This document shows, in pieces, positions 42,747 to 54,849 of a DNA stretch of 64,000 nt. Source of the DNA: Candidatus Eiseniibacteriota bacterium. Lineage in GTDB: Bacteria > Eisenbacteria > RBG-16-71-46. Where the stretch lies: the NCBI GenBank assembly GCA_963725865.1, contig CAVSAC010000011.1:32001-96000 (forward strand), read 5' to 3'. The position numbers were made by a program, and so were the translations under genes. The notes under the pieces were generated by a model. That model searched no databases and was not told the DNA's origin. It saw only the letters and a program-made list of their open reading frames with translations. The number at the start of each line of letters is the position of its first letter. Position 1 is the stretch's first letter.

Positions 42747-44974
42747 TTGCGAAAGCACCTTGCGCTGTTGTTGGCTGCGACGCTCGCGGTATCGGTCGCC
42801 AGCACCCCCGCCCGTTCGAGCGTCATCCTGTCCGAGCTGTGCGATCCCCTGAGCAACTACCCCACCGATCGCTTCATCGAGATCTACAACATCGGTCCCG
42901 ACGCGGTGGACCTGACCGGCTGGTCGCGTCGTCGCCATCGCGAACAGCGTGGATGCGCTGCACCTGGAGCCTCTCGGGCACGCTCGCCGCCGGGCGAGGC
43001 GAAGGTCGCGGGATACACCACGCCGGTGGCGCTCGTTCACCGTGCACTTCCAGAACGCGAGCTGGAACGCGCTGACCAGCGCGGGCGGCGCCTACAACTG
43101 GAATGGCAAGACCGGCGACGGCGCCAAGCTCAAGGCGCCGGGGACGTGATCGTGGACCAGGTGGTCGCTCCCGGCGTCCTGTTCAAGGACGCCGACATGG
43201 TGCGCGAGTCCGAGCGTCACCGTCGCCGATCCCGGTCTACACGGCGTCCGAGTGGACCGTCACGCCGGTGGACTCCGCCACCGACGCCAGCCCCGGCACG
43301 CACAACGGCTCGGCGCCGCCGCCCGGCGGGCCCGCGGATCTCGAACGTCGTGATCTTCCCGGCGACACCCGGCCGCCAGCGACCCGGTCAGCGTAGAGGC
43401 CGCGTCGGTGGATCACCGGCGGCGCGATCGCGTCGGTGACGCTAACTGGGGCGCCTCCGTCGGCTCGCTCCCGAACACCATCAACATGTCGCTCGTCGCC
43501 GACAGCACGTACGCCACCAACACGCCCATCCCCGGTCAGTCGGCGGGCGCGACGGTCTACTACCGCGTGACCGCGGTGGGGGCGAGGCGAACTCGCAGTC
43601 GTCAGTTCGCAGCTACACCATCCCCGGCGCCGGTGGCTCGCGCGCCCGCGGTGCTCGTCGGTCGGCGAGATGAGCGACTCGACCCTGCTGGTCATCTTCA
43701 GCGAGCCCGTCGAGGCAGACCAGCGCCGAGGTCCCGGCCAACTACGTCGTGGACGGCCTCACCGCGGTCGACGCGGTGCGTCGAGCCCGTGCACGCCTCG
43801 TGGGTCACGGTCACGGTCCGCGACCTGCCCGCCGGCTCGCGCACGCTGACGGTCAGCGGCGTCGCCGACCTCGGCGGCTCGACGCGCGTTCGGCGCGACG
43901 CGAGCTTCAACTACGTGAACGTGAGCATCCCGGCCGGCTACTACGACGGCATCACCGGCCTGCAAGGGCTCGGCGCTGCGCTGGGCGCTGCACAACCGCA
44001 TCGGAACCACACCGTCCGCAGCTACGACTACGTGCTGACCGCGTTCGCGACCACCGACGTGAAGTGGAACGGCAAGATCTGGGACGTCTACTCCGACATC
44101 CCCGGCGGCACGCCGCCCTACGAGTACGCGATCGGCGCAGACCGGCCAGGGCGCGACCGAGGGCCTCGGCTACAACCGCGAGCACTCGTTCCCGCAGTCG
44201 TGGTTCAACGGTGCGTCGCCGCTGTACTCGGACATCTTCCACCTGTATCCGACCGACGCGAAGGTGAACGGCTACCGCTCCAACTACGCGTACGGGCGGT
44301 CGGCGTGGGCCACCACGACGTCGTGGAACGGCAGCAAGCTCGGGACGAGCGTGTCGCCCGGCTTCAGCGGCACCGTGTTCGAGCCGATCGACCCGTTCAA
44401 GGGCGATCTCGTGCGCAGCCAGTTCTACATGGCGACCCGCTACTTCGGCGAGGACGGCGAGCTGGTCCGGCAGCGACTCGTTCGACGGCGCCGAGATGCA
44501 GCCGTGGGCGGTCGCGCAGTACCTGCGAGTGGGCCAGCGAACGGATCCCGGTGAGCTGGAAGGAGCGCATGCGCAACGGCGCCGTGTACGTCATCCAGGA
44601 CAACCGCAATCCGTTCATCGACCATCCCGAGTTCGTGGCGCGTGATCTAGGACTCGAACTCGGTCGCCGCGGTGGACGACGGGATGCCCTCGAGCACCCT
44701 CCGGCTGCGCCAGAACCTGCCGAACCCGTTCGCCGCCCGCACCGCCATCGCCTTCGACCTGCCGCAGCGCGAGCGCGTCACGCTCCGAATCTTCGACGTG
44801 ACCGGGCGCTTGGTCAAGACGCTCGCCAACGGGAGCGACCTGGAGGCCGGCAGCCATCGCCTCGACTGGGACGGCAGAGACGAGCGCGGGGCGCTGCTGC
44901 AGGCCGGACTCTATTTCTGCCGCCTCGACGCGGGAGTGGTGGGCGAGACCCGCCGCATGGTGTTCGCGCGCTGA
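42747..44974 (+). CDS. Secreted endonuclease I family nuclease with lamin-tail-like N-terminus and FlgD/CTD-like C-terminus
   Basis: TTG start plus signal peptide; ILSELC..FIEIYN.G...VDLTGW; NREHSFPQSWF, DIFHLYPTD..VNGYRSN, FEP.D.FKGD, RN...QDNRNPFIDHPE; PNPF...WDGRD...GLYFCRL; frameshifted. Confidence 0.85.
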
Positions 44975-45182
44975 CGCGGGAGCGTCTCCGGATCGGCCCC
45001 GCGACGCATCACCGGCGGCCCCCCTCTCGGGGGTGGCCGCGCGGCTGGGTGGCGGGAGGCGGAAACCCCCCGCCCCGCCGGGGCCGGGGGTGGGAGCCGC
45101 GCCGGCCGCCCTGGGTCCGCGAGGCCGGGCCGCTCGGGCGGGTCCCCGCGGAGACGTAGCTTCCTCCGCGTCGGCGCGCGGC

Positions 45183-46007
45183 TCAGTCGGCCTGCGGCAC
45201 CCGACCCGCGATCACCGGCACCATCCAGACCGCGTAACGCAGCGGGTCGCGGATGTCGGCGATCATCCGCTCGAAGTAGGCCGTCACCTCGTCGCGGGTG
45301 AGGTTCGTGGTCTCGGCGATCGGCTCCGCGTAGCCGTCGCGCCAGGCCTCGAGGATGGTCGCGAAGGTCTCGCGGGGCACGCGCAGCGTGTCCACCACCA
45401 CGTACTCCAGCGTGATGTCGGTGAGCCCGAGCGTCGCGAAGTGGCCGTAGGCGTGGCGCCCCACGAACAGGTCGGTGCCGGTCCGCGCGCCGAAGCGGGC
45501 CGGCGCCTCGTGCCAGAAGTCACGCGGGTCCGGCGCGCCGATGGGGAAGTGCAGCATCCCGTAATCCTCGGCGATCACGTGCAGCCAGCCGCCGGGCCTG
45601 GTCACGCGCTTGAGCTCGGCGAGCACCCGCTCGGCGTGCGGCACCGACTGGATCACGTGACGGCACACCGCGAGGTCGTAGGTGGCGTCGGCCGCCGGCA
45701 GCCCGAAGATGCTCTGGTGCTCGAACGAGAGTCGGGGCGCCAGCGCGGCGTACCGCTCGCGCGCGAACGCGAGGTGATGGTCGAGCACGTCAACGCCGAG
45801 CACGCGCGCCGCGGGGAACATCCCGGCAAGGCGCGAGGAGACCTCGCCGGTGCCGCAGCCGGCATCGAGGATGTGGATCGCGGAGGCGAGGCCGTAGCGC
45901 CGGATCAGCGCCGCTTCCTGCGGCCAGATCGCGTTCGCCTGCGCGGCGAGGTTGCGCACCATGGACTCGTCGGCCATCTGCTTGCGCTGCGGGTTAAGGT
46001 CGGTCAC
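45183..46007 (-). CDS. Class I SAM-dependent methyltransferase
   Basis: GAGG RBS; ILDAGCGTG, VLGVD, LAELKRVTRPGG. Confidence 0.88.
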   Translation of the reverse strand: MTDLNPQRKQMADESMVRNLAAQANAIWPQEAALIRRYGLASAIHILDAGCGTGEVSSRLAGMFPAARVLGVDVLDHHLAFARERYAALAPRLSFEHQSIFGLPAADATYDLAVCRHVIQSVPHAERVLAELKRVTRPGGWLHVIAEDYGMLHFPIGAPDPRDFWHEAPARFGARTGTDLFVGRHAYGHFATLGLTDITLEYVVVDTLRVPRETFATILEAWRDGYAEPIAETTNLTRDEVTAYFERMIADIRDPLRYAVWMVPVIAGRVPQAD

Positions 46008-46277
46008 GTCGGCTTCCTCGGCGGTGGGCGGGGAGGTTTCGACCGCATCCGGTACATCGTCGTCGACGGGCGGCCGGGCCGATCCGGGGACCGACCGCGG
46101 CGCAGGCGCAAGATGCCACGGGCGGTGGGTCGACACCACCCCGCAGTCGATCGAGGTGCCGGCGCCGGCCGAGACACGCTCCCGCTCACTGCTCGTCGCA
46201 CCGGAGCGGGGCCGCTCCGACGCGCGCGCGGGCGGCGCGCCGTGGTCCGTGCCCCGGGCATGGGCTAGACTGCAGCG

Positions 46278-48946
46278 ATGGCGCTCGCCCCCGGTACCCG
46301 ACTCGGCCCCTACGAGATCGTCGCCCCGCTCGGCGCGGGGGGCATGGGCGAGGTATATCGCGCGTGCGATCCGCGGCTCGACCGTGAGGTCGCGATCAAG
46401 GTCATCCCCGCCACGCTCGCCGCCGACCGCGAACATCTCGCGCGCTTCGAGCAGGAAGCGCGCACCGCCGGCACGCTGCACCATCCCGGCATCTGCACCG
46501 TCCTCGACGTGGGCACGCAGGACGGCGCCCCGTTCGTGGTGATGGAGCTGCTCGAGGGCGAGACGCTGCGCGAGCGACTGCGACGCGGTCGCCTGCCGTG
46601 GCGCAAGGTCGCCGAGCACGCCGCCGCCATCGCCCAGGCGCTGGCGGCGGCGCACGAGAAGGGGATCGTCCACCGCGACCTCAAGCCCGAGAACCTGTTC
46701 CTGACGCGGGACGGCCGGGTCAAGGTGCTCGACTTCGGACTCGCGAAGCTGGTCCACCCGGACGGCCTGGCGATGTCGGGGCTCGATACGCTGTCGGTCG
46801 GCATGACCGAGAGCGGCGCCATCCTGGGCACCGCGGGCTACATGGCGCCCGAGCAGGTGCGGGGGCTGGCCGCCGACGCGCGCGCCGACCTGTTCGCGCT
46901 CGGCGCGGTGATGTTCGAGATGCTCACCGGCGAGCGTGCCTTCATGGGCGCCTCGTTCGTCGAGACCGGCAGCGCGATCCTGAACCGCGAGCCCGAGCTG
47001 GACCCGGCAGGTGCCCGCGGGATACCGGCGGGGTTGAAGCGCGTGGTCGAGCATTGCCTCGAGAAGGGCCCCGAGCAGCGCTTCCGCTCGGCACGCGATC
47101 TGGCGTTCGTGCTCGAGTCGCTCGCCGGCTCCGATGGGGTCGCGGCATCCGCCGTCCCGCCCGCATCGTCACAGCCTCCGGCGCCGCGCGCCATCGCGCC
47201 GCTCCTGATCGTCGCCGCGCTGATCGCCGGGCTCGCCGTCGGCGCGGTGGTCGCGCGACGCGTGGGCGGCGTGCCGGGCCCTGCGACGGTGCACTTTGGG
47301 CTTCTGCCACCGCCGGGCGGCAGGTTTCGATTCGACCTGGAGGAGAGCACGCCGTTCGCGATCTCGCCCGACGGTCGCACCCTCGCGTTCGTGGCCAGCG
47401 ACTCGTCCGGCATGCGACGCGCGTGTCTGCGGTCCCTGGGTGAGGGCGCGGCCAGGAGCCTGGCCGGCACGGATGGGGCGCACTCGTTGTGCTGGTCACC
47501 CGATGGACGATCGCTCGGCGTCTTCCTGCGCCACGCGCTCAGGCGCTGTCGAGCTCGGCTCGGGCGGCGTGGTGAGTGTGTGCGAGACGCCGGCCGACGG
47601 CATCTACTCCGGCAGCTGGGGGCGCGATGGCACCATCCTGTTCGCCTCGATCCAGGAGGGCGTCATCTACCGGGTGCCTGCCGCCGGCGGCCCGCCACGC
47701 GTGGCGCTGCGCCCGGACCGCGCGGCCGGGCAGACCGAGCTGGCGTGGCCCGAGTTCCTGCCCGACGGGCGGCGGTTCCTCTACTTCGCCCGCCGTCGGG
47801 ATCATCGCGATTCCCTCAGGCTCGGCGATCTCGGCGGGGCCTCGCGGTCGGTCATGGCCAGCTCGTCGCGCGCACAGCTCGCCGATGCCCGCACGCTCCT
47901 CTACGTGAACGACGGGACGCTGGTCTCGCAGCGCGTTCGACGCGGGGCGCGGGCGCGTGAGCGGCGGCCCTGCGGCCGTCGCGCAGGGCATCGCTCACTT
48001 CGCCAGCACCGGAGGCGCGTTGTTCGCCGCCTCGCCGGGCGGCGTCATCGCCTACCAGCTGGCCACCGAACGATGCCGCCTCGCCCTCTTCGACGAGCGG
48101 GGCGACGAGGGACCGCGGGTCGGGCCGCGCCGGCGGACTACCTGGAGGGCATGGACCTGACGGCGGACGGCCGCCGGCTGCTGTGCTCGCGGCGCCGACC
48201 CGGCAGCGGCACCTGGGACGTCTGGCTCATCGACGTGAGTCGCGGGAGCGAGGAGCGCGCTGACGGGGGCCGCGCCCGTCACGGAGGCGCAGCCGGTGTG
48301 GCTGCCGGGGGAGCGGAGCTTCACCTTCCTGGGCACGAGCCAGGGCGGGCTGCCGCGCCTGCACCGGCGCGACCTCGAGAGCGGGCAGGTGAGCCCGCTG
48401 CTGCCCGGCGGCGGATTCCAGGCCGCGGAGGACGTCTCGCGCGACGGTCGCTGGCTGCTCTACTTGGAGCGCCGGCCGCCCGGCGTGTTCAGTCTCTGGG
48501 TGCTTCCGCTCGCGGGCGGCGAGCCACGACGGCTCACGACCACCGCCTCGGCCGAGGGCGGCGGCCAGTTCTCGCCCGATGGCCGCTGCGTCGCCATGAT
48601 CGCCGACGAGGGTGAGCGCTTCGAGCTGTGCATGGTGCCGTTCCCGGGGCCCGGGGCGCGGGTGCGCGTCTCCACCGCGGGCGCGACGGTCGCACGCTGG
48701 AGCCGCGATGGCAGCCGCCTGTACTACCTGACCCCGGACGGGCACATGATGGCGGCCGCGGTGAGGACCGGCCCGCGCCTGCAGGTGGGCGAGCCGCGAG
48801 TACTGTTCCACCTGGGCGCTCGGCCGTGGAAGGACTTCGTGGTCACCCCCGAGGGCCGCTTCCTGGCGCTGGTGCCCGAGGTGGTGCAGGCCGAGGAGCC
48901 GGTGGACGTCGTGGTCGGGTGGAAGCCGCGCGCGGGCGATCGGTAG
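46278..48946 (+). CDS. Hanks-type Ser/Thr kinase + TM + TolB/PD40-like propeller
   Basis: LGAGGMGEVY, VAIK, HRDLKPEN, DFG, GTAGYMAPE; repeats ISPDGR/WSPDGR/FSPDGR; frameshifts after 47550. Confidence 0.92.
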
Positions 48947-49005
48947 CGGGGAGGACCCGCGGCCTCGGGTCGGACCCGAGCCCGATCGCGCTCGCGTGAG
49001 CCCAG

Positions 49006-49036
49006 GAAGCCCCGGTGGTCCGCCCGCCGGGGCTTC
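49006..49036 (+). terminator. GC hairpin downstream of the kinase gene
   Basis: GAAGCCCCGG-N11-CCGGGGCTTC. Confidence 0.4.
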
Positions 49037-49242
49037 GGGTTCGGTTCCGCTCCGGCCCCCCGTGGCCCGAGGCGCGGGAGCGCCCCGCACCTCGCGTGCG
49101 GCGCGGGCACTCACGGCCTGTTCGCCTCGGGCACTTCGCACGTAGGAAGCGGAGACCCCGCCCCGCAGACCGCGCCGCGGCGGGGTCCGCGCCCGTCCCG
49201 GTCACCCGGGGCCCCGCGCCCGTCCATCCCTGAGGAGGCCCC

Positions 49243-52200
49243 ATGAACGCCCGAACCCTTGCCGCGCTCGCCCTGCTCACACTGTTCGCCCCATCGGCGG
49301 CGCTCGCGCTCTGTCCCAACTGGCGCGTCGGCCCGCTCCTCAACCAGGACGGCGCCAACGGCGCGAACGGCCCGATCGGCGAAGCGACCGTGTGGGATCC
49401 GGACGACGTCGGCCCGCTCCAGACCCGACTGGTGATCGCCGGCTCGTTCAGCCAGGTGCAGGGCTTCTCCACCGGCGGTCTCGCCGAGCACGACCCCGCC
49501 ACGGGCACGTGGCACTCGCTCGGCAGCGGCGTCAGCGGACAGGTCATGTGCTTCACGGTCTACAACGGCGAGCTGATCGTGGCCGGCACGCTGCACCGCC
49601 GGCGGGTCGCCCGTCAACCGGATCGCGCGCTGGAATGGCAGCTCGTCGGCCCGCTCATCAACCAGGACGGCGCCAACGGCGCGAACGGCCCGATCGGCGA
49701 AGCGACCGTGTGGGATCCGGATGACGTCGGTCCGCTCCAGACCCGGCTGGTGATCGCCGGCTCGTTCAGTCAGGTGCAGGGCTTCTCCACCGGCGGTCTC
49801 GCCGAGCACGACCCCGCCACGGGCACGTGGCACCCGCTCGGGAGCGGCGTCAGCGGACAGGTCATGTGCTTCACGGTCTACAACGGCGAGCTGATCGTGG
49901 CCGGCACGCTCGCCACCGCCGGCGGCTCGCCCGTCAATCGGATCGCGCGCTGGAATGGCAGCTCGTGGCAGGCGCTCGGCAGCGGCATCCTCGGCACCTA
50001 CGTCCGGGCGCTCACGGTCTACAACGGCGAGCTGATCGCCGCCGGGCTGTTCAGCGACGCCGGCGGCGTCCCGGTCAACAACATCGCGCGCTGGAACGGC
50101 TCGTCGTGGGCCGCGCTCGGCGCCGGGGTCACGGGCAACATCTCGGCGGTGGGCCTGTGGGGCACCGACCTGGTCGTGGGAGGGCGCCATCAGCAACGGC
50201 GGGGGGCACCCCCGTGAGCGGCGTCGCGCGCTGGAACGGCTCGTCGTGGTCGGCCATGGGCGCGGGCCTGGTGGGTGGCGTGGCGGACTTCCAGGGCTAC
50301 AACGGCGCGTTCTACGCGGCGGTCAACACCACCTCCGGCGGCACGCCGGCCAGCTACATCGCCGCGTGGAACGGCTCGTCGTGGTCGAGCTCACCGATCT
50401 GGTCGCCGCTCACCCTCGACGACCTCGAGGTCTTCAACGGCCTGCTCTACACCTGCGGCGCCGCCACCACCGGGACCGGCGGCCCCTCGAACGGCGTGTT
50501 CATGTACGACGGCGCGCTCCACCAGGTGGGGGCGGCGGTCACCGGCACGAACACCCGGCTCCAGACCTACGGCAGCGAGCTGATCGCGATGGGCACGTTC
50601 ACGTCGATCGACTCCCGGGTCATGAACCACATCGCTCGCTGGGATGGCACCCTCTGGGGCGCGTACAACGGCAACAACACCTTCGTCGTCGCCGCGATGA
50701 CGCGCTTCCTCGGCCGCACCGTCGCCGGCGGCACCTTCCATCGCTTCCTGTTCGCCGGGCCGGTCGCGCACAACATCATCGGCTGGGACGGCGCGACGCC
50801 GAGCGCGTTCGGCACCGGCATGGATGGGCCGGTCACGGCGCTCAAGGCCTTCACCAACCCGGGGGTGTTCGGCGCCGACGAGCTGGTCGCCGGCGGCAGC
50901 TTCAGCCACGCCGGAGGGATCGCCGCCACCAACGTCGCACACTGGGTGGTCCGCCAGGCCGCCTTCCCGCCGCCCGCCTGGGCGCCGATGGGGACGGGCT
51001 TCAACGGCGAGGTCGAAGCCATCGAGCGCTTCAGCAGCGCCACCTACGCCGCGGGCGTCTTCACCGCCTCGGGCGCGACGGCGCTCAATCACATCGCGCG
51101 CTGGAACTCGACCACCAGCACGTGGCAGCCATTGAGCCTGGGTCTCACGGGTGGGGACGTCTACGCGCTGCGGACGTTCGGTGGCTACCTCTACGCGGGG
51201 GCAGCTTCACGACCGCCGGCGGCGTGGCCACCGGCGGCCTCGCGCGCTGGGACGGCACCGTCTGGAGCGCGGTCGGTGGATTCTTCAGCGGACAGGTGTT
51301 CGCGCTCGAGGTCCACGATGGCCGCCTCGTCATCGGCGGCCTGTTCCCGGGCCTTCCCCGGCTCGCCCAATCTCGCGCAGTGGGACGGCAGCGCGTACTC
51401 GACACTCGGGACCGGCGGCACGGACGCCTACATCCGCGGGATGCACTCGACGGGGACGAGGCTGTACGTCGGCGGCAACTTCGCCAGCCTCGGCGGGGTC
51501 CCGGCGGCTCATCTCGGCTACTGGGACGGCACCTGGCACGAGGCGCGCGGTGGCGCCGACAACCTGGTGAACACCATCACCCACAATCACAACATCGTCG
51601 ACGTGGGCGGCTACTTCACCAACATGGACCACGGCTCCTTCATCAACACGCCGACGTGGGCTTCTTACGACGAGACCGGGGTGCCCGACTTCCGCACCCT
51701 TCCGTTCTCGCAGTCGGCTGACCCGGGCACCGACGTCAGCTTCACCGCCGTGCCCGACACGGGCTACACCGGTCTCGCGCTGCAGTGGTACCGGGATGGG
51801 GCGCCGCTGTCGGACGGCCCCACCGGCTCGGGCTCCGTGCTGAGCGGCACCCACACCGAGGTGCTGAACATCCACGACGTGACCGGGCCCGACATCGGCA
51901 CCTACACCGTGGTGGTCACCAACGGCTGCGGCAGCGCCACGACCCCGCCCGTGACCCTCTCCGTCACGCTCGGCGTGGACGACCGGGGCGCCATGGGCGC
52001 CACGGTGTTCGAGGCGATCGGGCCGAATCCCTCGCGCGGCACGGCGCAGATCACGTTCTCGCTGGCGCGCGAGGCGCGGGTACGGCTGTCGGTGCGCGAC
52101 GTGGCGGGCCGTAACGTGCGCGTCGTCGACGCCGGCCCGATGGCGGCGGGGCATCACCAGCTGCCGTGGGACGCGCTCGACGCCGGCGGACAGCGGCTCC

Positions 52201-52277
52201 ACGCCGGCGTCTACTTCGTCGGGCTCGAGGTCGACGGCCGCGCCATCGGCACCCGGGGGCTGACCCTGTTGCGCTGA
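49243..52277 (+). CDS. Secreted beta-propeller (IARWNG..W repeats) + Ig domain + FlgD/CTD-like domain
   Basis: GAGGAGG RBS, signal peptide; many [15 protein letters not shown] blades; [19 protein letters not shown]g; GPNP...GVYFV; frameshifts. Confidence 0.85.
49327..49964 (+). repeat. Tandem duplication inside the propeller gene (318 bp + 320 bp)
   Basis: Copies 49327-49644 and 49645-49964 both start GTCGGCCCGCTC and end TGGAATGGCAGCTC; about nine substitutions and one 2-nt indel. Confidence 0.95.
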
Positions 52278-52548
52278 CTGGGCATCGTGAGGCACCGGGG
52301 CCCGGCGCGCCGCCCGCGCCGGGCCCCGACCGTCAGGGGTCCCCGCGCCGCCATCTCCCCGGACGCCACGGATCCCGGCCCGTCCTGCGTGACCTGGCAC
52401 CGCCACCGTCCCTGCCGGCCGCCGGGACGCCGCGGCGGCATCCGGTGGTTGGGCCCTGCGGTCCTTCGGGGCCCTCCCCGGGAACCTTCCCATCCCGGCC
52501 CCGCCGTGACATATTCGGGTGTGCAGACCACCAGCGAGGGTCACCCCG

Positions 52549-53882
52549 ATGCTCCGTGCGCTCTTCGTCGACGACGACGCCGACTTCCTCGCGGGCGTGG
52601 CCGAGGTGGCCACCCAGGAGGGCTTCGCCGTCACCGGCGCGCGCTCGCTCCAGGAGGCGCGCGAGCACCTCGCGAACGCCCCGCGGATCTCGTGCTGATC
52701 GACCTGAGCCTGCCCGACGGCGACGGGGTCGAGTTGCTGCGGGAGCTGCAAGGACACGAGCACTCCGACGTGATCCTCGTCTCGGGGAGTGGCCACGGTG
52801 GATTCCGCGATCGAGGCCCTGCGGCTCGGCGCGCTCGACTACCTCACCAAGCCCGTGGACATCGTGCGCCTCAAGGCGGTGCTCGCCCACGTCCTGCGCC
52901 TGCGCATCGCTCAAGGAGGAGGTCGGCACCCTGCGCGGCGAGCTGCGCAAGTTCGGCCGCTTCGGCCGGCTGATCGGCGTCTCGCCGGCGATGCAGAAGG
53001 TGTACGACCTGATGACCAAGGTCGCGCCCACCGACGCCACGGTCTTCATCACCGGCGAGAGCGGCACGGGCAAGGAGCTCGTCGCGCAGACGATCTACGA
53101 GCTCAGTCAGCCGGCGCCGCCGGCCGTTCCTGCCGCTCGACTGCGGCGCCATCCCGAAGGACCTGATCGAGAGCGAGCTGTTCGGCCACGAGCGCGGCAG
53201 CTTCACCGGCGCGACCCAGCTGCGGCGCGGCTGCTTCGAGCGAGCGGCCGGCGGGCACGCTGTTCCTCGACGAGATCACGGAGATGCCGATCGAGCTGCA
53301 GGTCAAGCTCCTGCGCGTGCTCGAGTCCGGCTCGCTGGTCCGCGTCGGCGGCGACGAGCCCGTTCCCGTGAACGTGCGCCTGATCGCGGCGTCGAACCGC
53401 AGTGCCCCTGGACGCCGTGCAGCGACGGCAAGCTGCGCGAGGACCTGCTACTACCGCATCAACGTGTTCCCGATCGCGCTGCCGCCGCTGCGCGACCGCG
53501 ACGGCGACGTGCTGCTGCTGGCCGATCAGTTCCTCGAATCGCTCAATGCCGCCCAGGGCACCTCGAAGCGGCTGAGCGCCGCGGCGCGCGAGCGCATCCA
53601 GGCGCACCCGTGGCGCGGCAACGTGCGCGAGCTCAAGAACGAGCTGCAGCGCGCGTTCATCCTGTCCGAAGGCGTGATCGAGCTCTGCGGACCTGAGCCC
53701 GGCGGCCGGCGGCCTCCGGACGCCGCGCGCCCGAGCGCGGCGGCTCGCTCGAGGAGTCCGAGCGCCAGCTCATCCTCGCCACGCTCGAGCAGTGCGCCGG
53801 CGACAAGAAGAGGGCGGCGCAGCTGCTGGGCATCAGCCTCAAGACGCTCTACAACCGGCTGCACCTCTACGCCGGGACCTGA
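52549..53882 (+). CDS. Sigma54-dependent NtrC-family response regulator (REC-AAA+-Fis HTH)
   Basis: [69 protein letters not shown]; frameshifted. Confidence 0.93.
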
Positions 53883-53978
53883 GGCTCGGACCGGCGGCCC
53901 GCTCGAGGCCCGGCCCGTCGCCAGGGGCCCACGCCAACTCGAGCCAGCGGCGCAGCGCGGCGTCGATCGGCGCCTCGA

Positions 53979-54173
53979 TCAAGGTCCACCGTGCCCCGGC
54001 CACCGCTCCCAGCAGGAGCCGCCATCATCGAGCCAGCGCTGTTCTCCGACTCGATCGTCGCGGCGATCGCCGCGAGCGAGGATGCCGAGCAGCGACGGCC
54101 AGCGGTGGCGGAGAAGTCCCGCGCCCAAGGCGATTGTTACAACGACCAGGCTGATCTGGATCAGGAGCGGCAC
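53979..54173 (-). CDS. Small single-TM hypothetical protein (about 64 aa)
   Basis: GAAAGGGG RBS-like + GTG; VPLLIQISLVVVTIALGAGLL...RWLDDGG; downstream of the sigma54 promoter at 54255-54269. Confidence 0.5.
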   Translation of the reverse strand: MPLLIQISLVVVTIALGAGLLRHRWPSLLGILARGDRRDDRVGEQRWLDDGGSCWERWPGHGGP

Positions 54174-54254
54174 CGGGGGTGCCCCTTTCGGTGGGTATTC
54201 CGATGTGAAGCGCCGATGCCCTCGATCGCGCGTGGCCCGGCACGTGAGCCACTC

Positions 54255-54269
54255 GCAACAAGCAGGCCA
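54255..54269 (-). promoter_or_regulatory. Sigma54 -24/-12 promoter
   Basis: Minus strand TGGCCTGCTTGTTGC (GG-N10-GC). Confidence 0.65.
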
Positions 54270-54423
54270 CTGATCCGGCACCTCAGGTGGGCATCGGCGG
54301 CTCGAGTGCGGCGGTGGCGCCGAGACTCGGGCGCCCGCTATCGGCCGGACGTCTTCCGCCGAGACTCCCCAATGCGTCAGGGCGTGCGCGGGCAGCACCC
54401 CCAGGTCGCCGGGACGATCCGGG

Positions 54424-54456
54424 TTGAAGGTTCCACCGGTTCTTGAAGGAACTGCC
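54424..54456. promoter_or_regulatory. Tandem putative enhancer (UAS) sites
   Basis: TTGAAGGTTCCACC (54424) and TTGAAGGAACTGCC (54443). Confidence 0.6.
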
Positions 54457-54565
54457 TCCCGTCGTCGTCGGCTCGCGCGTCGCGAGCGCGTCCCGACCGA
54501 CTCCGACCATCGCCATCGCGAGCGCTGGCAACGCCTGGAAGGGATGTGCGCCGCTCGCGGTGGCT

Positions 54566-54580
54566 TGGCATCAATCTGGC
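54566..54580 (+). promoter_or_regulatory. Sigma54 -24/-12 promoter
   Basis: TGGCATCAATCTGGC, 110 bp after the UAS pair; identical 15-mer on the minus strand at 56516-56530. Confidence 0.65.
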
Positions 54581-54597
54581 GTAGTCGTCTGTCGACC

Positions 54598-54849
54598 ATG
54601 CGAACCACACTCGGCTTGTTTGCGGCCTTCGTCGGAGTCTCACTCATGCTCTGGAGCGGGTGCTTCGGACTCCGGGGCCACGCAGGAGCCAGAGTCCTGG
54701 CCACGGCACCGATCATCGTGTCTGCCAGTGCGGAGCACTCGCGAGTCCCGGTGCTCACTCCTGCATCCGCGCGGTCGCGGACCCTTCCCGGTCCCCGGGA
54801 TTCGTCCGCGGTCGCCAGGCCGCCGACCGCCGGCTCACCTTCCGAATAG
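54598..54849 (+). CDS. Small hypothetical exported/lipoprotein-like ORF (83 aa)
   Basis: MRTTLGLFAAFVGVSLMLWSGC directly after a sigma54 promoter; no recognisable domain. Confidence 0.35.
   Translation: MRTTLGLFAAFVGVSLMLWSGCFGLRGHAGARVLATAPIIVSASAEHSRVPVLTPASARSRTLPGPRDSSAVARPPTAGSPSE

Noticed and set aside
49327..49964. Near-identical repeat pair as a DGR template/variable repeat
   Set aside because: Differences are not adenine-specific (mostly C/T and C/G at third positions), the copies are tandem within one gene, and no reverse transcriptase is present.
53190..53215. GSFTGA instead of GAFTGA as a sign of a sigma54-independent activator
   Set aside because: GSFTGA is a common natural variant, and the surrounding sigma54 boxes support normal function.
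8365..53882. Programmed frameshifting or stop-codon recoding
   Set aside because: Indels are numerous, lack consistent slippery sites and hit unrelated genes; normal stop codons end the genes.
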